64,000 bases of DNA from Eledone cirrhosa (GCA_964016885.1 OZ024741.1:185876001-185940000), one strand, 5' to 3'; positions 1 to 13,415 are shown, numbered from the stretch's first letter. Numbers and translations are program-made. Notes: generated from the letters alone by a model not told the origin.

Positions 1-880
1 AAGGCAGAGCAAATCTCTTAGCCTATGCATATAGGTGTGGAAATCGACGCTGAATTTCCTCTTGCATCCAAGAAAGGGGTTCACCTATTTTTGGAAAACT
101 GATTTAGATTATGTCATCTGCTTGAAGTTCAATGAATTCTTCCTGAAATATATCGTCCAAATCATCGACGTTAGCTATGAAGGGATCTGCTACCCAGATT
201 GGAATGTCCATCGGCAAATGGTCAACAAACCGTTCTCTCATGTTGTCTTGTAGCGCAGGGAGGTGAGCGGTATAAATTTGGAGTTGGTCATCGCTTACAA
301 TGTTTTGAACATTGGCGACACTAGGAAAATTATAGAATTCCCGTCAACAAAGACTTTCGATGACATTCAATTTGGCCAGGAAGTTTTCACAGCATTCCTT
401 GTTTTAAGCAAGGTGATCTTCTTCCTCTGCAAAACCAAAATAACGCTATTGCATTTGTCGAAGATGTCGGTGAGGTAGGCGCAGTTTTGCCTCACAACGA
501 GGGTTTTCTTGTACAGTTCTGTGTTGCGTCCTCGCAGAAACTCAATGATAGATTTGAACAGTTCAAAGAAGTGAGTAAAGCACTTGCCCTTTGAAAGCCA
601 CCTCACTTCATTATGAAGGAGCCACTTGACTAATTCTTCGTCATTATCTTGGCACAGTTGCCGGAAAATTCGTTTATTGAGGGAATGCCATTTGATAAAA
701 TTGATGACATCAATGGCCAAATGCAAGGACTTGCTCAGCGGCTCACTGAGTTTCTTCGCAGCCAAGTGTTGTCGATGAATGACACAATGAACAGCAAATA
801 CAGATACATTTTCTCTCTTCAGAAGAGTAACGAACCCTTAGGCTGGCCGACCATTGCTCTTGCGTCGTCCGTAGCACATG
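1..880 (-). mobile_element. hAT-superfamily (Buster/Charlie/ZBED8-like) transposase remnant, frameshifted, runs off the window start
   Basis: ORF 367-765(-) has VINFIK..SLNKRIFRQLC..LLHNEVRWLSKG and AYLTDIF; an upstream frame gives TDDARAMVG (cf. TDGA.AM.G). These are typical hAT transposase motifs. Confidence 0.85.
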
Positions 881-886
881 ATACAA

Positions 887-1372
887 TGTGTGTTGTATTT
901 GGTCCTAGATGTATGTATTACCTGCATATGTGTTGTATGTAGTCCTAGATATATGTATTACCTGCTTATGTATTGCAAGTGGTCTCAGCTGTATGTATAA
1001 CCTGCTTGTGTGTTGTATGTGGGCCTAGATGTGTGTATTACCTCCTTATGTGTTATATGTGGTCCTAGATGTATGTATTACCTGATTATGTGTTGTATGT
1101 GGTCCTAGATGTTTGTATTACCTGATTATGTGTTGTTCGTCGTCCTAGATGTTTGTATTACCTGCTTATGTGTTGAATGTGGTCCTAGATGTGTGTATTA
1201 CCTGCTTATGTATTGTATGTGGTCCTAAACGTATGTATTACCTGCCTGTGTGTTGTATGTGGTCCTAGATGTGTGTACTACCTGATTATGTGTTGTATGT
1301 GGTACTAGATGTGTGTATTATCTGATTATGTGTTGCATGTGGTTCTAGATGTGTGTGATACCCGCTTCTGTG
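887..1372. repeat. 40-bp minisatellite, about 12 copies
   Basis: Unit TGTTGTATGTGGTCCTAGATGTATGTATTACCTGCTTATG recurs with period 40 and a few substitutions per copy. Confidence 0.95.
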
Positions 1373-1862
1373 TTTTTGCTTTTCTTTTTTTTATTTGTAA
1401 TATTATTTATACAATAGGGAATAAAATAGATCTACATAGTGTTAACTTGTTACGGTTGAGTCAAATATATTGTTATCGGTGAAGGAAAGATAAGATTCTA
1501 ACTGGCTGCGCTCAAAGTGTCCTTGACCCAGTTGACTGTGGGTTTTTCCATTTTTAGGATCTTAATAGCCGGTTAATGTCTAGACACACCTGCTCACAGC
1601 TGCGGTCAGACCATAGTTACGCTGTCTGCATGCTCATTCAGATGCATTCACACTGGCTGTCTCAAAGACATACAAATATGGCTTATAAAACTTACCAAAC
1701 TAAGGAGCCTTACAGCCCCCCCCCCCCCTCACCCCCAGCTCCAAACGCCCCCTCAACGCGACCTTGCTCCAAAATGCCCCCCCCCACCCTGGAGTTCCTA
1801 AATGCCCCCTGGAGTTCCGAAACGCCCCCCCCCCCCCTGGGGGGCATATGCTCCCCGTTGAG

Positions 1863-4293
1863 AACTTTTGTCCTAGATCTCTGTTTTAAAAATAACGAAG
1901 TGCTCATCCACAATGTAAAAGTGACACCAACAACTTTCTCGGATCATAACTTATTAGAACTAATGATATGTGGTCCGAGAGAATCAACAGAGACACAACC
2001 ATCAAGAAGCACCGGGACGTTATCCAGCCTTAACTTCTATAAGGCTAACTGGAAAAAGATCAAGAGAGAAATCCTGAAGCAAATATGGAGCGAATAGACC
2101 GCCACACAAGACACCAACACACAATTTCAACACTTCATGACAACGATACATACTATATGCCAAAAGTTTGTCCCGGAGAAAAAGGCCAACAGACACAAAC
2201 ATCTTATTCCCAGAGATAGGAAAATCCTTATAAGACGAAGAACCAAGCTCTCAACCCAGTTGAATGCACACCAAGAAAACAAAAACAAGAAGGAATCCTA
2301 TTTGAAATGTGCACTACGTGACACCGTGATTGCACTCAAACATTTCCATGAACATGAGAGAGCAAAGAAAGAAAGCAGGGCCATCGAAAATATTAAAACA
2401 AACCCTAACGCTTTCTTTAAATTTGCAAAAGAAACTGCCTGGATACGCTGCAAGATTGGGCCACCCTTCCATATAGATGATTCATTAACCGAGAATCCCC
2501 AAGAGATAAGTGAAATACTGAACGAACAGTACAAAAGTGTGTTCACATGTCCACTGAGGCACATGTAAATAACAAAGCCAGAGGAGTTTTTTGATGCCAC
2601 AACACTCCATGAAGAAATGGCGACCATCGGCCACATAGACATAACGGAAGAGGATGTGGTATATGCCATAGTGGAAATTAGACAGACTCAGCTGCTGGAC
2701 CTGATGGATTCCCAGCAGTCCTCTTAAAAACATGCAAGCGGGCCTTAGCAACTCCACTTAAGACGCTCTTCGGAAGCTCCTTGGCTAGCGGTATACTACC
2801 CAGGGAGCTGAAAGAAGGCACAATATGCCCTATCCATAAAGGAGGTAGCAGAGCGGAAGCCAAAAACTATAGGTCAGTCTCCCTGACGTCACATATCAGT
2901 AAGGTCATGGAGCAAATCATCAGAAAGAAGCATATCACTTTCCTCGAATAAAATGACAGCCTGACTAGCATGCAGCATGGCTTCCGCCAAGGAAGAAGCT
3001 GCCTTACACAGCTGCTACATCACTACGATGGGTACTGAAACAACTGCTAGACAGCTCACATGTGGACGTGATAAATCATGACTTTGCGTAAGTCTTTGAC
3101 AAAGTCGACCACGGAATGATATATCACAAACTAAATGGACTCGGCATAACTGGAAAAGTAGTTGAGTGGCTGCACGACTTCTTAAAGGACAGAAGCCAGA
3201 GAGTCGGAATAAATGAAACATCAATAACAATTGGGGTGCCCCAAGGCACAGCCTGGGACCACTACTGTTTTTGGTGGCTCTCTCAGACATGCCCTCTGTA
3301 GTACATACAACAACACCCATCACTAGCCATGTTGATTACACTAAAGTAGCACAAGAAATAAAAAACCCGGCTGACGCTGCCCTTTTACAACAAGATCTGG
3401 ATTCCATATACAAATGGGCGGAAGACAACAACATGCAGTTTAATGCTGGCAAATTCCAAGCCCTACAATATAAACCTGCAAACACAAATACAGTACAACA
3501 CAGTTACGCCGGACCAGGAGGGACCGATAACCCCGTGTCAAAATCGATACGAGACCTGAGTATAGACATAAGCGATGATGCATCTTTTTCCTCATACATC
3601 ATGAAAGTGGCGACAATGTGCAGACGACTCGCTGGCTGGATCTTGAGGACTTTCCGGACAAGAGACCGAGACACCATGTTGACACTATAGATGACATTTG
3701 TCCTAAGCCGCCTGGACTTTTGCTCCCAGTTATGGTCACCCCATAGTGTCCAGGTAACCACGGAGCTTGAGACAGTCCAGCGAAGCTACAACAAGAGGAT
3801 TGCGACGATGGAGGAGATAAGCTACTGGGAGAGGCTAAAAGAACTGAACCTCTCCTCCTTGGAACGAAGACGGGAGAGCAATGCAGTGATATATATGTGG
3901 AAAATCCTGGAGGGACTAGCACAAAACTTTGGCATTGGGAGCTGGACCAATCGTCGAACAGGACGTCACTGTGTGGTGCCAAAAGGTTTCGTCTTCGACA
4001 TCTAAAATAAGGAGCAGATATTCCAATAACCTGGGATTCCACGGACATCAACTCTTCAACAAGCAGCCGAGGGATCTGAGAGATCTGCATGGTGTGGATG
4101 TGGATGTCTTCAAGAAAAATATCGACACCTTGCTATCCAGGATCCCGGATGAGCCCACAGCAAGGCATGAGGGAAACCTTAGGGCAACAGCAACGAACTC
4201 CCTCTTGCCCCAGCGGCCAACCAATACAGGCTGGAGATAAAATGTGTAGCAACAAGGGCGGATGGCTGGAACAGGTAAAAGAGTAAGAGAGTA
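1863..4293 (+). mobile_element. 5'-truncated degenerate CR1/L2-group LINE (end of APE endonuclease, RT, 3' UTR)
   Basis: DLCF..SDHNLL (endonuclease end), KNYRSVSLTS, HKL..GITGK..WLHDFLKDRSQRV, GVPQGT, LQQDLDSIYKWA..NNMQFN, SYWERLKELNLSSLERRR; many stops and frameshifts; 3' tail AGTAAAAGAGTAAGAGAGTAA. Confidence 0.9.
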
Positions 4294-4434
4294 ATATATA
4301 TATATCGATAGTGGAGCGACAAGATCCCAGACCTCATTCGCTAAACGAGTGGGATGGAGCACATCAAATCGGACTAGGAAACAATGTTTCCATTGGTTTT
4401 CAACTGCTAATACTATCTGTCGGTCGAACCTCCA

Positions 4435-4520
4435 GGCAGAAGGAGCAACGTGAGATAAAGTGTCTTGCTCAAGGACATAACGCATTGCCCGGTCTGATAA
4501 TCGAAATCATAACCTGACGA
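4435..4520 (-). mobile_element. SINE fragment (different family from the main SINE)
   Basis: Minus strand reads GCGTTATGTCCTTGAGCAAGACACTTTATCTCACGTTGCTCC after a degenerate B-box-like TTCGATT, a common invertebrate SINE body motif. Confidence 0.5.
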
Positions 4521-5377
4521 TATATATATATATAATTGTTGCTAAGATATTTTTCAGATGTTTTATTCGAAGTTTCGATTCCATTTACGAGTAGCTGGTA
4601 AGTTTGCATTCTCTTGGATATCGAACGTAATATTCATTCTTTTCATGCATAATTATATTTAGAGAGTTTAGGTATGTTCGTCAGTTGTGAGTTGTCCAGA
4701 GAAGACTGGAATTGATCTAATATCGGTTTTTAAATTTACCATTAACAATACCCGTATAATTTTAGTGCTCAGCATCAACGAATAATTTTGAGTATATGGC
4801 CTCTTCCTCATAAATAATTGCAATTGTATTATATGTCTGATTTAGAATTTGAAGTTGTGATTTATTTCTCGATATGTGCTTATTGAATCGGGATGTTTGT
4901 AATAAGCGTGTGCATATTAACCTTAGGAATATGGCTTCGCCTCTGTATATAAATTGAAAGAGAGAAACAGTATGTAGTTCTAACAAATGTTTTGCCATTG
5001 CAAACATAAATTTGTTTCGAGAATGTAGGATAGAAAGCAAATAGTGTTCAGGTATATTCTCTTCTTCTTGCCAAAGATGGTTTGATGGTATACTTATATA
5101 ATTTGTCCACAAGCTTCTAGTGCATTACTATAATTATTGTTGCTTTTCAGCGCGATTGGGGAAGGTTTAAATCACCTTCAATAAATGGCTGGGGAGTGGT
5201 GCACTGTGGAGTGGATGACAGTTGAAACCTCGAACAATTAATTATAAGCCAGCATAACAGTAATAATTTAATAGAAAATTAATTCCTCAATATATCATGT
5301 ATTCTGAACAGAATTTGTGACAAAATATGAAATATCATGTGATACAGGTATACAAACGCAAATGCTAACGCCCAGAC

Positions 5378-5382
5378 ACACA

Positions 5383-5479
<97 letters not shown>

Positions 5480-5517
5480 ACACACACACACATACACACA
5501 CACACACATATATATAT
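5378..5517. repeat. (CA)n/(TA)n microsatellite
   Basis: Direct reading. Confidence 0.95.
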
Positions 5518-5701
5518 AGGAAAATGTTTAACTCCGACGGCAGAGCTCAAGCCGTTTCGACGGCTACTTCTGGATTGAAATAGCCGTCGAAACGGCGCGA
5601 GTACAGCCGTCAGGGTTAAACAATTGCCTATTACCCACTCTACTACCCTAAGTATTGAGTACTCTGTTGCGTTATGGTCCATCTGGTTCCTTACCACACC
5701 T

Positions 5702-5705
<4 letters not shown>
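5518..5705 (+). mobile_element. Short copy of HHR element family A (5' inverted arm, 3' half of ribozyme, tail)
   Basis: Homologous to 7990-8125; imperfect palindrome 5518-5629 followed by the ATTACCCACTCTACTACCCTAAG tail; flanked by (TA)n. Confidence 0.8.
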
Positions 5706-5749
<44 letters not shown>

Positions 5750-5752
<3 letters not shown>

Positions 5753-6133
5753 GGGCGGGTAAAAACTCACTCAGATGGAGGATGGGTGCTATACGACAAT
5801 GCTGAGGATGGCTCTGAACATTAATCATTATACACTGAGTATTAAGAACTCAGAGCTGTACGGAGCGTCCCAAAATTCAGCTCGTGTGTAGCCCTGAGGA
5901 AACTGTGGTTAGCTGGACATGCTCACCGACATCCATAGTTTACACTGCACTCAGTGCTCCTGTGGGAGCTCCTGCATGGACACATTGGAAGAGTGAGACC
6001 GAAGTTGACATATGTTGATGCCCTAAGGACATACACTGGTCTCTTGGAGACAGAGGACATGGCATGTGATAATGAGGGACAGAGACCGCTGGAGAGAACT
6101 CGTCCATGGATCTCGGGAGTTTTACCCGCCCTG
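5750..6133 (+). mobile_element. RTE-like LINE 3' fragment
   Basis: Broken frames give LAGHAHRHP..VLLWE...GRVRPKLTYVDAL..MRDRDRWRELV; a second copy lies at 28322-28500. Confidence 0.7.
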
Positions 6134-6147
6134 GATATATATATATA

Positions 6148-6197
<50 letters not shown>

Positions 6198-6199
<2 letters not shown>

Positions 6200-6309
6200 A
6201 ACCAGTAAGACCCCGACGGCTGAGCTCAAGCCGTTTCGACGGCTAATTCTGGACTAAATGAAAATTTATCCTGGTATATAAATAGCCGATCTTCTCAAGG
6301 GGTAATTCC
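6198..6309 (-). ncRNA. Type I hammerhead ribozyme, U3-A8 core variant
   Basis: Minus strand: GGAATT-ACCCC [TTGAGAA] GATCGGCTA..TAGCCGTC [GAA] ACGGCT-TGAGCTC-AGCCGT [C] GGGGT-CTTACT-GGTTCC. Stems I, II and III all pair; GUC cleavage triplet. Confidence 0.8.
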
Positions 6310-6676
6310 ATATATGGTCAAAGTGATTGTCACAAGGATTGGTCACAAGTTAGTAGTAATTCTGTGATGGCAAATTAGTGGGGGAGAGGGTGGCTAAACC
6401 TGCCAGTAGGAGAAAAAGGGGAGGGGGTGGAGTAGACCCAATCATGCGTTGGTAGTGCCGGCTACAGCTGGGCAAGAGGTCAAAGAAGATACTAGGGAGA
6501 GGGAGGGAGAGGAAGTCGAAACGGTAAGTAGAACAATGGAGGGTAAAAATATATATATATGAAAAAATAAAATACTGAGAGTGATAAAAGCGAATAAATG
6601 TAAAGAAAAAATATAAGCAATTTCTACGACCTAAGTCTCTAGCTATTGCTAGGCTAGATAAATAAATAAATAAATA

Positions 6677-6708
<32 letters not shown>

Positions 6709-7931
6709 AATAAAAAATAAGTAGGGTAGACTAGGGCTATAACACCCCACTTGCCGATTTTGTAATGGGTAACCCCTGCTTGCCAAGGCAGACGTAAGAC
6801 CTTTTTATTCTTTTATCGCTTCTATATTTCCATCTTCCCCCCATCCCTCTCTAGTCCTTCTGCCCCAGTTCTCTTTCTTTGTCGGCGTATTTTTCTCGCC
6901 CACCCGAGGCAGCCCTTTGGCCCCTTGTAGCCTTAGTACCCCCACCCTCTCCCCTAGTCTATGATAGATTTGGCGGACTCTGCTTTTTATAGCAGTTGTG
7001 TTAGACCTCGGATACTTGCCCCCTTATCCGACCGCTCCCCCTTTTTTCCGTGCCTTCTATATTTCTTAGTGGCACCTCTGCCTTAATTTCTCGTTTCAGT
7101 ATTTCTTTCTTCTCTTTTCTTTTGGGCGGGGTGGATTCTGAATTTATTTTTCCGTATTCTACTTTTATCTCGTACGAACTTTCATGTAGCTTGTTTAAGA
7201 ACTTTTGTAGCGTGGCGGTACCATTAGAGTTAGCATCAGTATATTTTTTCGGAACTCAGAATTATTTCTCGTACTAGTTTACTTTTCTGCACTGGGTGGT
7301 TGCTGGCCTTGTACCCGGGGTAGAAACCTTTATTAATTATTTCGTGGTAGTTTCTTTAGTATTTGGCCCCCATTGTTGACCCGTCACCGTATAATATACG
7401 TACTTATACCTCTTAAAAGGGTCCTTTCCTATTCCGTCCCACCTAGGTTATTTACTTATTTTTTTATTACTTTATTTCTTTATTTCTTTATTTCTTTATT
7501 TCTTTATTTCTTTATTTCTTTATTTCTTTATTTCTTTATTTCTTTCTTTATTTCTTTATTTATTTATTTATTTATTTATTTATCTAGCCTAGCATTAGCT
7601 AGAGACTTGGGTCGTAGAAATTGCTTATATTTTTTTCTTTACATTTATTCGCTTTTTATCACTCTCAGTATTTTTTTTTTCATATATATATATTTTTACC
7701 CTTCATTGTTCTACTTACCGTTTCGACTTCCTCCTCCTCCTCCTCCCTAGTATCTTCTTTGACCTCTTGCCCAGCTGTAGCCGGCACTACCAACGCATGA
7801 TTGGGTCTACTCCAACCCTCCACTTTTTCTCCTACTGGCAGGTTTAGCCACCCTCTCCCCCACTAATTTGCCATCACAGAATTACTACTAACTTGTGACC
7901 AATCCTTGTGACAATCACTTTGACCATATAT

Positions 7932-8043
7932 GGAATTACCCCTTGAGAATCTCGGCTATTTATATACCAGGATAAATTTTCATTTAGTCCAGAATTAGCC
8001 GTCGAAACGGCTTGAGCTCAGCCGTCGGAGTCTTACTGGTTCC
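7932..8043 (+). ncRNA. Type I hammerhead ribozyme, U3-A8 variant, second copy with disrupted stem II base
   Basis: Same as 6198-6309 but TC replaces GA at the start of stem II and GGAGT replaces GGGGT in stem I. Confidence 0.65.
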
Positions 8044-8249
8044 TATTACCCACTCTACTACCCTAAGTATTGAGTACTTTGGTGCGTTATGGTCCACCTG
8101 GTTCCTTACCACATTTCCTTCGTTATATATATATATATACTTAACAAAAAAATGTGGGAAGAAACCGGGTGGGCCATAACGCACCAGAGTACTCGATACT
8201 TAGGGTAGTAGAGTGAGTAATAGGAAAAGTGTCACGTCCTGACTCTTTT

Positions 8250-8306
<57 letters not shown>

Positions 8307-8326
8307 ATACATATATATATATATAG

Positions 8327-8465
8327 GGGTGAAAGCAGCGATTCTTTGCTTAAACTTTAATCTGTTATTTTAATAAATGTTTGCTCTACGGTTCTTATAT
8401 ATTTGATATATATTTATCCTTATCGAGCCCTCTTTCATGTAGTCTTCAAATATATTATTATTACT
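8327..8465 (+). mobile_element. Short dispersed element (family F) in (TA)n
   Basis: Matches 49927-50148 and 46452-46520 (GGGTGAAAGCAGCGATTCTTTGCTTAAACTTTAATCTG...). Confidence 0.7.
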
Positions 8466-8502
8466 ATATATATATATATACACGCACTTATAGATACACA
8501 TA

Positions 8503-8582
<80 letters not shown>

Positions 8583-8588
<6 letters not shown>

Positions 8589-9132
8589 AAAGAATAGAGG
8601 TGTAACACACGAGTCATGATATATTGGTAAAAGGAAAAGAAAATGGTGACAAATTGTTCCCAGTGAAAAATAGTTTAATTAGGAATAAGTAAAAATTAGT
8701 AATAGTATTGGTTAGTATTCAGTTTTGGTTTTAAGTTTTACCGGTTGCGCATTTCTAATGCTTTTCAAAAATAATTTTGAGATAGAGCGCCCGTGATGTT
8801 TGCTCTAATCTGATTAGTTTTGGAAATTCTACCTGCTTTATGTAAAAAAAGTGGCTCCAGATGTATGAAAAAATTCTTGTGGTCAAAACAATTTTGATTG
8901 GTCGGTAGAGGTCATGTGAATGTTAAAAATTGATTTTGCGCCAAATGTAGTTTGTCTCGGCTGATTGAGAAGTCACTGAAAAATAAGTCTTTCAAGACAA
9001 ATATGTGTGTGTGTGTAGTAGTAGTAGTAAAGAGGTTCGTTGTTGTGTTAATGGTCAGCAGGGATGTGTGTGCGAACCGCAGCCTGCTGACAGTTCAAAT
9101 GCCTATTAAAACAAGTGTGTGTGTGTGTGTGT

Positions 9133-9178
<46 letters not shown>

Positions 9179-11936
9179 CAGAGTAATTCGTGGTAGAGGG
9201 ATCGGACAGTAGGAATGTGTCTGTACGTGTGTGGGGGATATTTTAACATGTTAAAAGATATTTTTCAGCTCTTGTCTTATACGGAGAAGTGTGTGCGTGT
9301 GTGTGTATATGTCTCTTTGTATGTTAATGTACGTGTGTGTATGTGTGTGTGTGTATACATGTGTGTGTGTGTGTGTGAGAATGTGTGTGTGTGTGTGGGT
9401 GGACCAGTATGTTTGTGATACTGGTAAAAATGGTGTACATTATTCGATATTTTCAGTAAAAACAATTGAACACATCACAGACTTCCCTTACCAACACTTG
9501 CACGGACAAAAACACAAGCCAAACCTCAACAAGGAACAATGGAAAGAATTATATATATTAAAAACCAACAGAACCATTACAATTAAAGAGGCTGATAAAG
9601 GGAGTACATATATCCTAATGGAGACAGAATTCTATATCAACTTAGCGCTCTCCACTTTGCAAAACGAAACATACTACGAAAAGGCTGAACACTACAATCA
9701 ACAGAAAATTATGAGAGCCCTAAAATCTCTGGTCAACCAATACAAAGAAGGACTCACTAACAAGGAATTCAGCTTCATCACAGACTTCACAAGTAAATCC
9801 AGCCTTTTCTACGGTATCCCTAAAGTACATAAAAACGAATTAATAAGTAAGGCATGCAAGGAAGCCACAGACATAGTCATCAATGTCCCCTCACCCAATG
9901 ATCTCAAATTAAAACCTATAATAGCAGGCCCCGCTTACGAAACCCACCGCCTTAGCAACTTCATAGATACCCTTCTCAAGCCTTTTCTCAAACACATCAA
10001 AATCTATATAAGGGACGACCTAGATATGCTCAATCACCTCCCTAATATGCCCCTTTCTGATCAAACCCTACTAGTGACGTTCGATGTATTGTACCTATAC
10101 TCCAACGTCCCCCACAACCTAGGAATAGAAGCTATCCAATTCTGGCTGGATAATTACCACAATGAACTCCCACAACGCATCAAAAAAGAATTCGTGATAG
10201 CGGGACTCAAATTTATCTTGGAGAACAATTACTTCGTTTTCAATAACAAACCCTACAGGCAGAAATCTGGGACCGCTATGGGAACGAAAACAGCCCCACT
10301 TATGCCAACCTAGTCATGGGGTACCTGGAAATCACCCTCTACACTAAAGTACTAAACAAATTTGGAAACACTCTCCACTTACACATAGAAAGGAACTGGA
10401 AGCGATATCTAGATGACTGCTTCACCCTTAGGCACGAAAACATCGAGAAACTTAAAGAATTTCAAACCCTTATAAATGGGCTCAACACGAATATTAACTT
10501 CACGATGGAATACAGCCATCAACAACTCCCCTTTCTCAACATCCTCATTAAGATTCATAACCAAAAAATAGAAACAGACATATACTACAAACCCACAGAC
10601 TCCAAGCAATATCTTCCTTTCAACTCTTGCCACCCTAAAAACGTTAAAATTAATATTCCCTACAACTTAGCCAAGAGAATATGTACTATAGTCTCCAATA
10701 AAAACACCCGTTACTTACGGCTACAATAACTAAAGGACACACTCATAGGCAGGGACTACCCTGCATCACTAATTGACAATGGAATCCAACGTGCCCTAAA
10801 ACTCAGTACCCAGGACCTTAGACACCCTAAAGTAAATCAACCGTAACTAAAAGCTCTTCCATACATCTCCACACACAACCCCCTCAACAATGAGGCCTTT
10901 GACACAATCCTCCAGATAATCCCTGTGTTAAAAAGGACCATAGAATGAACCAAATCCTACGAACACACGATATCATAAATAGCAAAAGACGATCTAAGTC
11001 AATGAAAAACATCCTAACACATGCCAAAGTACTGCCAACCACAACAACGAAACCCACAGTAAAAAAATGCGATAGACCCAACTGTGGCAAATGCATCAAC
11101 CTAATAGAGGGTTCGGAATTCTGTTCTAAAGAATGACAACGTTTTATAGTAAAACACAATTTCACATGCGCATCAGAACATCTAATATATGTATTAACTT
11201 GCTCAGGTTGTCGAGAACAATACATAGGCCAGACCAAAAACAGCCTCCGCCAACGCATAACTGTCCATAGATCCCAAATTAAAATACAGGAATACAGGAA
11301 AATACTACTGAGTGAACACATTGATACCTGTGGCGCCCAAAATCATCCCAACTTCAGAATCTTTCCCCTCTACAAATTTAAAGATAATGCCACCCACACC
11401 CAGCGCATCAGCAAGGAATCTCACTTTATTAACAAATACGCACACGTCTAAACACTTCTCCCTAAGACGAACACACAACATACATACGTCAACATACATA
11501 CCTACATCAGCATACATCCTACATACATCTCTATCGACATATAAACACAATGACATACGTAAACACGCATGTTCTATGGTGCAACACAAATATACACAAA
11601 TTTGCATACCTTTTGATGTCTATAGATATGAACGTGCCGACACACACACATACATATACGCACACATGCATTGCACACTGATGGGCACATACATATGTTT
11701 ACACAAGTATTCCAATACGGCAAGGCCTAATGGATTCCCCTTGCAGTACGTACAATCTGGACACTCACACACACCTTGGTCTTATGCCAATACTATATAT
11801 CATTTCACACCTTTTATTATTAAGGTTTTTGATGTTCTATTGAGAGAATCGTTTTTACTGAAAATATCGAATAATGTACACCATTTTTACCAGTATCACA
11901 TAAATACTGGTTCACCCACACACACACACACATTCT

Positions 11937-11968
<32 letters not shown>

Positions 11969-12640
11969 CACACACACATACACACACGTACATTAACATA
12001 CAAAGAGACATATACACACACACGCACACACTTCTCCGTATAAGACAAGAGCTGAAAAATATCTTTTAACATGTTAAAATATCCCCCACACACGTACAGA
12101 CACATTCCTACTGTCCGATCCCTCTACCACGAATTACTCTGCTACACACACACACACACTTGTCTTAATAGGCATTTGAACTGTCAACAGGCTGCGGTTC
12201 GCACACACATCCCTGCTGACCATTATCACAACAACGAACCTCTTTACTACTACTACTACACACACACATATCTGTCTCTTGAAAGACTTATTTTTCAGTG
12301 ACTTCTCAATCAGCCGAGACAAACCTACATTTGGCGCAAAATCAATTTTTAACATTCACATGACCTCTACCGACCAATCAAAATTGTTTTGACCACAAGA
12401 ATTTTTTCATACATCTGGAGCCACTTTTTTTACATAAAACAGGTAGAATTTCCAAAACTAATCAGATTAGAGGAAACATCACGGGCGCTCTATCTCAAAA
12501 TTATTTTTGAAAAGCATTAGAAATGAGCAACCGGTAAAACTTAAAACCAAAACTGAATACTAACCAATACTATTACTAATTTTTACTTATTCCTAATTAA
12601 ACTATTTTTCACTGGGAACAATTTGTCAGCATTTTCTTTT

Positions 12641-12642
<2 letters not shown>
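8583..12642 (+). mobile_element. Penelope-like element (Neptune-like), 5'-truncated copy with inverted pseudo-LTR
   Basis: About 8640-9465 is the reverse complement of ~11850-12640; the internal RT/GIY-YIG region is closely similar to 51467-53470; (TA)n flanks. Confidence 0.92.
9466..11465 (+). pseudogene. PLE reverse transcriptase / GIY-YIG endonuclease, disrupted
   Basis: KEADKG, FYGIPKVHK, LVTFDV..LYSN, GTAMGT, RYLDDCF, YYKPTDS, CDRPNCGKC, LIYVLTCSGCREQYIGQT; several stops and frameshifts. Confidence 0.92.
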
Positions 12643-12694
<52 letters not shown>

Positions 12695-13135
12695 TTATAT
12701 ATATATGTATGTGTGTGTATGTGTGTGTAAAAAGAGAGAGAGAGAGACGAGAGAGGGACAGATAGAGAAGGAGAGATGAGAAACTACTGATATTTGATTC
12801 TACCGATATCCACCCACAATGCAATAGTTAATCCGGGGAGGGGCATATATAAGACACTTGCCCAATGATCGACGCAGCGTGTTTGAACCAAGAAGCAGCG
12901 GGTTGCAAATTATTCTTCTATGCCACTTATTTCTCTTTTTAGTTATATATATATGGGGGGGGGGAGTGTGTGTGTCTATGTATTTGTGTGTGTGTCTCTA
13001 CGTGCATGTGTATCTGAGTGTATGTATGTGTGTGTGTGTGTGTATGTGTGTGTATGTGTGTGCGTATGATAAATATTAGTTACGGTATAAGTTTATGTAT
13101 ATAACACGAAAGCCAATAAATGAAATAACCTGATG

Positions 13136-13188
<53 letters not shown>

Positions 13189-13210
13189 TAAATATATATA
13201 TATATATATA

Positions 13211-13248
<38 letters not shown>

Positions 13249-13357
13249 TATATATTTATATAGAAATACATTCATTCCTGAAAGTATACATAAGGAGTAT
13301 CCGAGAATGTACAGGCACATATGTATGTAGGTGGGTGAGTAAACGAAAACGGGATCA

Positions 13358-13415
13358 ACGGGCTTTCCTGTTTAGCTGTAGGAGATTTCCCCTACAGCTA
13401 AACAGGAAAGCCCGT
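13358..13415. repeat. Perfect 25-bp inverted repeat with 8-nt spacer
   Basis: ACGGGCTTTCCTGTTTAGCTGTAGG-AGATTTCC-CCTACAGCTAAACAGGAAAGCCCGT. Confidence 0.9.

Larger units (their letters stand above)
6197..8125 (+). mobile_element. Non-coding PLE-type element, family A: ~520-bp inverted repeats plus ~80-bp 3' tail, ribozyme in each arm
   Basis: 6197-6720 is the reverse complement of ~7500-8044; unique tail 8045-8125; no credible ORF; both ends in (TA)n. Confidence 0.85.

Noticed and set aside
887-1372. CRISPR-like periodic array
   Set aside because: Contiguous tandem units with no unique spacers, eukaryotic context, no cas genes.
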